DNA of 63,725 bases, the filler included, from Guillardia theta CCMP2712 (Eukaryota; Protista; Cryptophyta): NCBI RefSeq assembly GCF_000315625.1. It is 5 parts of 5 records of this genome, joined end to end, with 100 filler letters (N's around TTAATTAATTAA, not from the genome) between each part and the next. Parts side by side here need not be neighbours in the genome. Positions count along the whole stretch, not along the records: positions 46,729 to 58,589 come from NW_005434294.1; positions 58,690 to 63,725 come from NW_005434174.1; 3 more parts are not named here. One strand, 5' to 3'. How positions within the stretch are numbered: the first letter of the stretch is position 1; each line of letters begins with the position of its first letter. The notes under the pieces are model-generated. The model saw only the letters and a list, made by a program, of their open reading frames with translations. It was not told the DNA's origin and did no database searches. The position numbers and the translations under genes are program-made. This document shows positions 54,503 to 63,725 of this stretch, in pieces.

Positions 54503-54592
54503 CATTGTACCCCCTGTTTGCTGGCTTTTGATGAGTACCCCCTGTAGCATTGTACCCCCTGTTTGCTCGCTTTTGCTGAGTACCCCCTGTAG
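54503..54592. repeat. 45-bp tandem duplication
   Basis: cattgtaccccctgtttgct(g/c)gcttttg(a/c)tgagtaccccctgtag x2. Confidence 0.85.
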
Positions 54593-55350
54593 GGCCGAGG
54601 ATATCAGATTGGGGGTTGGGTATATGCTGTCCTCTTAGCTCGATGAAGACCACCCCTGTGTTTCAGATATTTGAATTGGGAGAGAGGAGGTGGGGGTAAT
54701 CAAGGGGCGCTTTGACCACCAGGGACCGGGGGAAATAAGGGGGTTCCTGGGTAGTCTATTGTTCTCACAAACTTGTTCATGCAGGCGGGAAACGACGGGA
54801 GGGGGCGCTGGAGAATGCCGGAGGAAGGCGAGGAGAGCGGGAGAAGGAAGGGGGAGATGGTAGGGAGGAGAAGAATGGAGGCAAAAGAATGGCGAGGAGA
54901 GAGGGTGGGAGACCGAGATATGTCAGTATGCACACCCCGATCATGAAAGGATAGGTTGAGGGTGATGTGAGTTGAGATGGTGAAGAGTAGAACTTGTAGT
55001 CAAGATCTTGTTGTAGATTGTAAATGGGAGGATGGTTCAGAACAACTTCATGTTGTCACTCTCGTCGAGGATTGCGTTCAGTGGGATTGTTTTCAATATC
55101 ACCCAAAATCTCTCAGCACATGACACTTGAATTGAACCAGCAATGTATTTGTTTTAGCTTACATCAATGAAAGATTCAATGTAGATCATACTGCATATTG
55201 ATGAGAGAGAGAGAGTATGTGGGAGTATATTACATGCAACCCACAGATCATTCCTGACTGTTTCCCCCTTGATTGTTGTAGAAGTAGCCCTAGAAGTTTT
55301 GAAAGGCGATGTTTTTTAGTTTGAAAACGTAAGTCCATCTTTAGGAGAGC

Positions 55351-57992
55351 TTGAACCGTTGCTGGCCTTCTCATCTTACCCTAGCTTACCTGCTTTCTCA
55401 GCTTCACCAAAGGGGAGCTTATCACCAGCTTGATTCTCAAGAAAGCATCACGAAAGGAAAACCAGGAAGAAAGACGAGCTCTCACACCACCAGAGCTATA
55501 CCGTGGAGAGCTGCTGTGCTGAGTGGAGTCTTCTGCCTGCTCGCATTCTTCTGCCACAAGTTTGGAGCTTCATTCTCTACATTCCTTCAAACCTCTCAGT
55601 CAGAAGCAAAGTCTTTCGCTCCAGCAAGCAATATGCAGCCTTCTATCGCAGATTTTTCGGCAGGACAATCCATATCCCAATTTGGCACTCAGATGTTTGC
55701 AACTTTATGCCGAGAACCCCAAGGGAACGTCGTTATCTCTCCGCTCTCACTCTCTCTTGCGCTGTCCATGGCAACAGCTGGAACTTCTCTGGGAGGGCAA
55801 GCTCATGCTCAGCTCTCAAGACTGTTGAACTGGCCGGATATATCCTCCAGTGCAGACAAGGAGAAGTTAGACTCAGAGATCCAGGACAAACAGAAAGCTT
55901 TCCTCCAATCCTCAAATAGCGACGATCCCCTGGTTGGTGTTTGTACTGTACAAAGATTCCCTGTAATCAAGTGAATGCAGGTAAAAATACTGATTGCCAA
56001 CTCCGTCTGGACGGATTTGGATGTCAAAAAGGCGTTCATTACAACGTGTCAAGATACCTACCATGCGAAGCACCACGCAAGAGAAGGAGCAGCAGAGGTG
56101 AAGTTGCTTTCTTTAAGATTGGAGGTGTACTGATATGTCCAATGCAGATCAACAAGTGGGTGGAAGAAAAGACGTCAGGAATGATCAAGGTAGATGTTAC
56201 CTCCTTTCTACACAGAGCTTTACGTTTAAACTTCCACAGGAAATCTTAAGTGAAGAACCGCATGGTCCAGCAGTTCTTCTGAATGTAGTCTACTTCAAAG
56301 GTCTCTAGCTCGACACAATCTTATTGTAGCGGTGATCTTGGAATGCCAGGAGCATGGAAGATCAAGTTTGACCCTTCCAAGACGAAGGAGTCCACCTTTG
56401 TTCGGTTCGATAAGGTGCGAGTCCCTTGCCAGCTCATGAGCCTTGGGCAAAAGAGATTGCGGGTACGATTTGAGATGCACGCCTTTTTCGTTTTGTGAAA
56501 TCCTTGCCAAGTATGGCGAGACGTTGCACACGGAGTTTGTTTTCCTTCCATACGGCATCACAGGTAAGATGCTGCCGTGTCCTCGCTCCCTGTTGTGCTA
56601 ACAACAAGGGCAGATCGTTATACAAGCATCATCATGTTGCCAAAGACCGAAGGTTTGCAAGGGATGGAAGGTTTTTTCTTGTTGACTACCTTGCCGATGA
56701 TGCTGACGAGATGTCCAGGAACGATCAAAGAGATCAGTGCGCCAAACTTCTTTTCTGATGGAGCGTTCGCGAACGCCAGCGTCAAGTTGTTTCTTTCCGT
56801 CTACGAAATTTGAAGAAGGAGCTGACCAAGTTGATCAGACCACTCTTTGTTGAACTCCCTCGTTTCAAGATCGAGTACGGAGTCAAACCTCTGAAGCAAA
56901 CTCTCAAGGTAACGAGCAAGCGCAATGAACATCAGTTTTCTCATGCTGCTTTATCAAGGCTATGAATGTCATCGCACCATTCGAAAGTGGCGGACATTTC
57001 AATAGAATGACAGAGGACGAGGTGAGACAGAAAGTTTCTGAGGAGGAGGAAGAACACGAGGGCGAGGGTGAGGGCAAGGATGAGGAGGACGAGGACGAGG
57101 ACGAGGAGGTCATGGACAGGAACTAGATGATAACAGTATCAGACTTGTTCTTTGTTGTAACTTTCAACATTTTGCAGTCCGTCCACATTCATGATGTTTA
57201 TCACAAAGCTGTCATCGAAGTGAACGAAGAAGGGACAGAAGCAGCAGGTTTCATTGCTATGGACAATGATTTTGATGATGCCTGTATTCTGACACGCGGC
57301 GAAACTATGAGTTGAATTTTTGTCCTTGTCCTCGCAGATGACGTTGCCCTCATTTTGCTTTGTTCTGTGATGTTTCCATCCAATCTTCCTGAAATTGGAT
57401 GAAGTAACAAATTATTCATTTTTGACTGTATCAAAGATCTCAGAACTGTTTTTCTGCTCTTTACCTGATGTGCCACTCTGATGAACTCTTTGCTTGATTG
57501 GGGCAATGACATTGGTAATATTTTCTGCTTGGGTTTTGAAATTTCCTTTTCAGCTGCGACTGCTGTTGCAATGACCCGATCCTTGGTAATTCCGAAGACC
57601 CTCACGGTGATTTCTAAACCTTGTGTATTCTTATCCTTTCAGTTCGATAAACTTATTTGCATGGAATTTTGCTGTGCTGTTTGATGCCGTTTGATGCTTT
57701 TTTCTGTAGTGTTGTGTTGCGAATACGTTGTGTCAAAACGATCTGTCAAGTCATGATCTTGAATGTATTTATGGTTGTACTCTTCATACGTTTGACTTGG
57801 AAGATGATACATTTTGTTTTTCTTCTCTTCTCCTAATGGTCTTTCACTTGCAGTTTGATCGTCCATTTCTTTTCCTGGTCTACGACAATGTGAACAAAGT
57901 GCTCTTGTTCTGCGCAAAGGTAGTGCAATGATCATGAACAATGTTCTTCAACGATTTGACCAACGTGCTTGCAGGTTGAAGACGTGAAATAA
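55351..57992 (+). CDS. Serpin (multi-exon; start uncertain)
   Basis: NVVISPLSLSLALSMATAG; IANSVW; INKWVEEKTSGMIK; LLNVVYFK|GAW; LPRFKIE; HKAVIEVNEEGTEAA|AATAVAMTRSL; FDRPFLFLVYD...LLF...VEDVK-TAA. Confidence 0.93.
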
Positions 57993-58589
57993 GAAGTTGT
58001 AGTCGAAATGTGTTAGGAGTTGTTGTGATGATCAGATATCTCAGTACAATCGACAGTCATCAGACATCATTTGAACAAGTTCATTCACTCCTCCCCCTCC
58101 CCCTCCCTTTCCCCTCCTCCTCCTCCTCCTCCTCTCCTCCTCCTCTCCCTCCTCCTCCTCCTCCACCACCACCACCACTTCCTCCTCCTTCTCATCTACA
58201 TCCCGTTTGGATCCCAATCACCTTCTCTTCTTGACTGCTTCCTCCTCTCCTCTATCACCCATCCCCTCCTCCCTTTCCCCTCCGTCTGTTGAAGATCGGC
58301 CCCTCCTCCTCCCTCCTCCTCCTCACGCGTATCCCAATACGGTTCTCAAGACTTTCTTGGTGTTTTCAGCATTTCTGAGCAGTCTGCGCGAAAACGTCAA
58401 AGAAGAGAGCGAGGGAGGGAGGGAGCAAGGGGAGGGAAGGAGGGGAGGGAGGGGAGGGAGGGAGGGAGGGATCGAGGGAGGGAGGGGGAGGAGGGGAGGA
58501 GAGGGGGGCAGGGAGAGGACAGGGGGGGGGGAAGGAGGGTGGAGTGGGGGGGAGTGAAGGGGAGGGAGTGGAGGAAGGTTCGTTTTACC

Positions 58590-58689
58590 NNNNNNNNNNN
58601 NNNNNNNNNNNNNNNNNNNNNNNNNNNNNNNNNTTAATTAATTAANNNNNNNNNNNNNNNNNNNNNNNNNNNNNNNNNNNNNNNNNNNN
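58590..58689. other. Artificial contig linker
   Basis: N44-TTAATTAATTAA-N44. Confidence 0.97.
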
Positions 58690-58733
58690 AGGGTTTAGGG
58701 TTTAGGGTTTAGGGTTTAGGGTTTAGGGTTTAG
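58690..58733 (+). repeat. Telomeric repeat (TTTAGGG) x ~6, G-strand pointing into the contig
   Basis: direct reading. Confidence 0.97.
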
Positions 58734-59477
58734 ACAGCGCCGGTTATTTCAGACAGCGCCGGTTATTTCAGACAGCGCCGGTTATTTCAGACAGCGCCGG
58801 TTATTTCAGACAGCGCCGGTTATTTCAGACAGCGCCGGTTATTTCAGACAGCGCCGGTTATTTCAGACAGCGCCGGTTATTTCAGACAGCGCCGGTTATT
58901 TCAGACAGCGCCGGTTATTTCAGACAGCGCCGGTTATTTCAGACAGCGCCGGTTATTTCAGACAGCGCCGGTTATTTCAGACAGCGCCGGTTATTTCAGA
59001 CAGCGCCGGTTATTTCAGACAGCGCCGGTTATTTCAGACAGCGCCGGTTATTTCAGACAGCGCCGGTTATTTCAGACAGCGCCGGTTATTTCAGACAGCG
59101 CCGGTTATTTCAGACAGCGCCGGTTATTTCAGACAGCGCCGGTTATTTCAGACAGCGCCGGTTATTTCAGACAGCGCCGGTTATTTCAGACAGCGCCGGT
59201 TATTTCAGACAGCGCCGGTTATTTCAGACAGCGCCGGTTATTTCAGACAGCGCCGGTTATTTCAGACAGCGCCGGTTATTTCAGACAGCGCCGGTTATTT
59301 CAGACAGCGCCGGTTATTTCAGACAGCGCCGGTTATTTCAGACAGCGCCGGTTATTTCAGACAGCGCCGGTTATTTCAGACAGCGCCGGTTATTTCAGAC
59401 AGCGCCGGTTATTTCAGACAGCGCCGGTTATTTCAGACAGCGCCGGTTATTTCAGACAGCGCCGGTTATTTCAGACA
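58733..59477 (+). repeat. Tandem array 1: 39 perfect copies of 19-bp GACAGCGCCGGTTATTTCA
   Basis: (59474-58733)/19 = 39, then a partial GACA. Confidence 0.97.
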
Positions 59478-59568
59478 CCATGGCTGCACGCGTGGTGTAG
59501 GGGAAGCTGCCAGGGCGCCAAGGAAGCTGCAAGCGAGAGGTTTGTATACTTCAAATAGCTTTCTAAGT

Positions 59569-61718
59569 ATGGTTCTTCAGTATGATGAAAATGTTCGCAA
59601 CCTGCTGTATCGGAGATCATGCCAATACACGCAGAGCGGACTTGTGGATGCCTCTGTCCTCGAAGCTGATCTCGTCGAGAGGGTGAAGAGCTTCGCGAAG
59701 CGTTATCCGAACAGCAGGACAGCCCAGGCTTGCAAGGCTGTGGAGGGATGCACCCCCGACGCTATCGCAGAAGCCATCCGCTCGACATGTCAGCAGGCAC
59801 GACGTGAGCTTCTGCAAGAAGCGATGACTGGATGGAGTGACGCATCCAGAGAATGGTTTATGCAGCAGATTGAAGAAGCCAAGAAGGAGAAGGTCGAGAC
59901 ATACACCGCCTCAGCAGGCAACGAGGTGACTTCCTTCATCTCCATGACTCTCCTGGGCATCTCCTCGGTGTATGTCAACCATGAAGAAAAGCTGAAGAAG
60001 AAATTTGAAGAGATCGGACTGATCGTAGACTCAGTGCAAGAGAGTAAAGCGATCATGTGGAAGGCTCCGTATAGACCCGAGATAGCGAGTGCTGAGGAGA
60101 TCCCGGTGACTGTTTCCTTCCTCCGCAATGCACAAGCGGAGAAGCTCTGGCAGGAAGAGAGGACTTCGCGATCGATGGTCGCAAGTTCACAGCTGTACAT
60201 GTGAGCATCGTGCACGATCGATCTTTCAAGATTCGAGCCAAGAGAGGACCCTGGGGCAAAGGGGGCAGCTTGGCAGAGCTGACTCACCTGCTAACCTTGG
60301 GCGGCATGACAACGGCTGAGATAGCTGCCGTCTATCGCTATCAGCTGCTGCGCCAGTCCCTTGCAGCGGTCCAACTCCAGCCGCTGGCAGGCATGCTGGT
60401 CGCTGGGGCGCCAGGACAGCAAGTCCACAAAGGCTTAGGTCAGAAAGGCTTCATCGCTGTAGGGGCCCAAGTCATCTGGAGACAGAGGGAGGTGGAGTGG
60501 ATCGTCTCCTCGAGCTGCCCAGAGGCGAATGATACAGCATTTCGAGCTTTCCGAGAGAGCGAAGCGATGGAGGGAGTACACCTGACTCTGTTCAGCGAGG
60601 ACCCGAAGATCAGAGAGGCGCTCGCAGTCGAGTTGACAGCTGATCGCTTTGTGTCCAGAAATAAGTTGAAGAAGGCATCAAGGATGCAGAAGAAGGCAGG
60701 CGGCAAGGACGGCAAGGAGATCAAGATCATCATCAAGTCGACGGCGGCATCTGGTCGCTTCACGAGGAAGGAGATGGAGGGGCTGTGCAACGGCGGCAAC
60801 ACGTCCATCGCAAGAGTCAAGAGAGTCTTGTTGGAGATCGCTAACAGGCTCGAGATCAACGTTGAAGGCATCGACATGGAGGAGGATTTGAACACCAAGT
60901 CCTGGAACGGGTCCAAGCTATGCATCCTCCTCGGCTCCACGGAGGATGCTCGACGCATGATGAAGGAGCTGCCCTTCTATCTCGAAGGCGCAGCAACCAA
61001 GCTCGAAGCAGTCGGCTTCGACAAGGAGCCTGACTCTGAGGCGGCTGGTCAGCGGGGCACCAGCGACGCAGCGCAGCGACAGGAGGAGAGCGAGGGAGAG
61101 TGGCTGGAGTTTACAGACCTGGAGAGGATCACAATGGAGGCAGCATCTCCGTCAAGCCAAGAGGACATGCAGCTCGTCAGCGAGCTGTCAGCAGTCATCG
61201 AAGATGCAGCTTCTTTGAACGAGGCAGGGACGAGCGAGCCGATCAAGCTGGTCCTGGACAAGGCCGTCGGCAACCTCCACGACACCTTCTACTCTCCGGG
61301 GAGCCTGGAGTTCATGTCGCTGGGAGAGTGGGCGAAGATGCCAGAGGAGCAGGGAGTTGGGCGCAACGTTCTCAAGGAGAAGCTGGGGAAGTGGCTGCAG
61401 AGCAAGCGCTGGACTCGCGTGCAAGGAGAGAACAAGAAGGCAAGGAGGGGCAGCGCGTTCTCGCCACGGGCAACGGCAGCTGCTGAGCTTGAGCAGGAGG
61501 CGGAGAGCGACGACATAGAGCGTCGATCTCTTAGCTTCCTGTTCATAGCACTGAGTAAATTCGCAGAGATGCATGTGCTGGCCTGCTCGCTGAAGGTGGA
61601 CAAGAAGGACCGACTGCGAGTGGAGATGAGGGAAGATGACGAAGAAGAGGAAGACATGGAGGAAGAGCAAGGCGAGGGCGCCGAGGAAGAAGACGGGGCG
61701 AGCCCGTACCGAGCTTGA
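59569..61718 (+). CDS. Element protein, ~716 aa, RRM-like/ORF1p-like; split by a 1-nt deletion near 60154
   Basis: ORFs 59542-60204 and 60201-61718 are one continuous frame in copy A; restoring one base gives WQGREDFAIDGRKFTAVHVS, matching WEGRREYCIDGRSFRATEVS. Confidence 0.85.
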
Positions 61719-61741
61719 GCTGAGCTCAAGGTAAGGAGAGA

Positions 61742-61930
61742 AGGTAGGAGGCGACCGAAAGCCAAGGTGAGGAGAGGCAACTCTCCTGACTGAGGCTGAG
61801 GAAGCTGAATGGAGGAGGAGTAGGTGGCGACCGAAGGCCAAGGTGAGGAGAGGCAACTCTTCTGACTGAGGCTGAGGAAGCTGAATGGAGGTAGAGTAGG
61901 TGGTGACCGAAGGCCAAGGTGAGGAGACAA
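61742..61930 (+). repeat. 76-bp tandem repeat x ~2.5 downstream of the element ORF
   Basis: g(c/t)gaccgaa(a/g)gccaaggtgaggagag... recurs at 61751, 61827 and 61903. Confidence 0.9.
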
Positions 61931-62239
61931 GCTCTCTTTACGCACGCAGAGGAAGCCAAGNNNNNNNNNNNNNNNNNNNNNNNNNNNNNNNNNNNNNNNN
62001 NNNNNNNNNNNNNNNNNNNNNNNNNNNNNNNNNNNNNNNNNNNNNNNNNNNNNNNNNNNNNNNNNNNNNNNNNNNNNNNNNNNNNNNNNNNNNNNNNNNN
62101 NNNNNNNNNNNNNNNNNNNNNNNNNNNNNNNNNNNNNNNNNNNNNNNNNNNNNNNNNNNNNNNNNNNNNNNNNNNNNNNNNNNNNNNNNNNNNNNNNNNN
62201 NNNNNNNNNNNNNNNNNNNNNNNNNNNNNNNNNNNNNNC

Positions 62240-62354
62240 TGACAGAGGCACCGGGCCCGTTGACAGAGGCACCGGGCCCGTTGACAGAGGCACCGGGCCC
62301 GTTGACAGAGGCACCGGGCCCGTTGACAGAGGCACCGGGCCCGTTGACAGAGGC
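62240..62354 (+). repeat. Tandem array 2: 21-bp GACAGAGGCACCGGGCCCGTT, at least 5.5 copies (extends into the gap)
   Basis: units at 62241, 62262, 62283, 62304, 62325 and a partial at 62346. Confidence 0.95.
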
Positions 62355-63023
62355 ATGCTGCTCTGTGGCGCGTAGGGAGAGCGCAAGGGCACCGGAGGAA
62401 GCTGCGAGCAAGAGGTTCGTATAGTTCAAACAGCTTTCTAAGCATGGTACTACAGTATGATGAGAGCGTTCGCAACCTGCTGTATCGGAGATCATGCCAA
62501 TACACGCAGGGTGAGCGCTCTGGAGGCCACGTCGAGGAGGCCGACCTCGTCGAGAGAGTGAAGAGCTTCACCAAGCGTTATCCGAATAGTCGGACAGCTC
62601 ATGCTTGCAGAGCTGAGGGGGGATGCACTCCCGACGCTATCGCAGAAGCCATCCGCTCGACATGTCGGCAGGCGAGACGCGACCTTTTTGAAGACTCTCT
62701 GAGCGCATGGAGCCCAGAGTCGAAAGCATGGTTCATGCAACAGATGGAGGAGGCCAAACAGCAGAATGTCGAGACTTACATCGGCACCGAAGACACCGAG
62801 GAGACCTCCTTCATCTCCATGACTCTCCTGGGCATCTCCTCGATGTATGTGCGACAAGAAGACAAATTGAAAATGAAGTTGACGGAGCTGGGACTCATAG
62901 TAGACTCAGTCGATAGAGACGACAAGTCCATCATGTGGAAAGCACCTTACAGACCTGAGATAGCACGAGCAGACGACATCTCAGTCACCATCTCCTTCCT
63001 TCGGAATGAAGAAGCCATCGCAC
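62346..63023 (+). mobile_element. Element copy C, 3'-truncated within the ORF and capped by telomeric repeats
   Basis: Close to copy A; ORF from ATG 62444 breaks at ...RNEEAIAL directly into TTAGGG(TTTAGGG)n. Confidence 0.75.
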
Positions 63024-63109
63024 TTAGGGTTTAGGGTTTAGGGTTTAGGGTTTAGGGTTTAGGGTTTAGGGTTTAGGGGGGGAAGGGGCAGGAGGGGGTT
63101 TAGGGTTTA
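63024..63109 (+). repeat. Telomeric tract (TTTAGGG) x ~8, a G-rich spacer, then GGGTTTAGGGTTTA
   Basis: direct reading. Confidence 0.95.
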
Positions 63110-63110
63110 A

Positions 63111-63625
63111 TTCCTGGCAGGTTCCTTATCTCCTGGCAGGATCCTTATTACCTGGCAGGTTCCTTATTTCCTGGCAGGTTCCTTATTTCCTGGCAGGTTC
63201 CATAGTTCCTCGCAGGTTCCTTATTTCCTGGCAGGTTCCTTATTTCCTGGCAGGTTCCTTATTTCCTGGCAGGTTCCTTATTTCCTGGCAGGTTCCTTAT
63301 TTCCTGGCAGGTTCCTTATTTCCTGGCAGGTTCCTTATTTCCTGGCAGGTTCCTTATTTCCTGGCAGGTTCCTTATTTCCTGGCTGGTTCCTTATTTCCT
63401 GGCAGGTTCCTTATTTCCTGGCAGGTTCCTTATTTCCTGGCAGGTTCCTTATTTCCTGGCAGGTTCCTTATTTCCTGGCAGGTTCCTTATTTCCTGGCAG
63501 GTTCCTTATTTCCTGGCAGGTTCCTTATTGCATTTCAGGTTCCTTAGGCAAGGCAGGTGAATTATTTCCTGGCACGTTCCTTATTTCCTGGAGCTTCCTT
63601 AAGGAGGGCAGGTTCCTTATTTCCT
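63111..63625 (+). repeat. Tandem array 3: 19-bp TTCCTGGCAGGTTCCTTAT, about 22 regular units then degenerate
   Basis: direct reading; variant units at both ends. Confidence 0.95.
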
Positions 63626-63725
63626 CAAGAAGGAAGATTTCATAACAGATGACCTATGACTACGCAAGGAGGGAGGAGTGAGTTAAGGAGGATGGGGAGA
63701 GCAGGGCACTTATCCCGGTACGAGT

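Larger units (their letters stand above)
59474..61960 (+). mobile_element. Putative telomere-associated retroelement-like unit, copy B (divergent subfamily)
   Basis: Homologous to copies A and C; includes uORF, long ORF and 76-bp 3' repeats; ends at a gap. Confidence 0.65.

Noticed and set aside
58733-59477. CRISPR-like array beside an unknown ORF
   Set aside because: Units are contiguous and identical with no spacers, the context is eukaryotic and there are no cas genes. The same applies to arrays 2 and 3.
59540-59580. 41-nt GT...CTAA...CAG intron that would join the uORF frame (via TAG readthrough) to the main ORF
   Set aside because: Four of six differences between copies inside it are silent third-position changes in the unspliced main frame, arguing that it is coding. 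Kept only as a minor alternative for RNA-seq to test.
60199-60204. Programmed stop-start coupling (ATGTGA) between two ORFs
   Set aside because: Copy A is a single frame; the frame change is a 1-nt deletion about 50 nt upstream.
61742-61930. Canonical hammerhead ribozyme
   Set aside because: GAAA and stem III/UH cannot be placed consistently in all units.
63626-63725. Start of a fourth copy of the element ORF after array 3
   Set aside because: The 100 bp available show no homology to the heads of A, B or C. It may be a different element but cannot be judged here.

Overview
Eukaryotic, intron-rich nuclear DNA (introns mostly ~45-55 nt, TTTAGGG telomeric repeats, RWP-RK and HTH family genes). 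A Guillardia-like cryptophyte alga is my inference, not proven. The window is five contigs joined by artificial N44-TTAATTAATTAA-N44 linkers, so adjacency across those linkers is not evidence. Recognisable genes: TDT/SLAC1-family transporter, AlkB-like dioxygenase, clathrin heavy chain (with a 1.55-kb tandem duplication of its 3' end), ubiquitin fused to a 45-aa membrane peptide ending in CLCL, RWP-RK factor, aldose 1-epimerase, RPL26 and a serpin. The most striking feature is a telomere-associated element family present three times (1-1536 minus; 59474-61960 plus; 62346-63023 plus). The two copies whose upstream junction is visible follow a short (TTTAGGG)n tract, the two plus-strand copies are headed by their own 19-21 bp tandem arrays, and all three begin with a position-conserved 6-codon uORF. 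The element encodes a ~720-aa protein with RRM-like segments and no visible RT or endonuclease. Its ORF reads on the G-rich strand, and one copy is cut mid-ORF and capped directly by telomeric repeats, followed by a third array. Intergenic DNA shows a recurring GGGGT-rich then CCGG-rich zonation, palindromic elements, and signs of many short GC-rich insertions.
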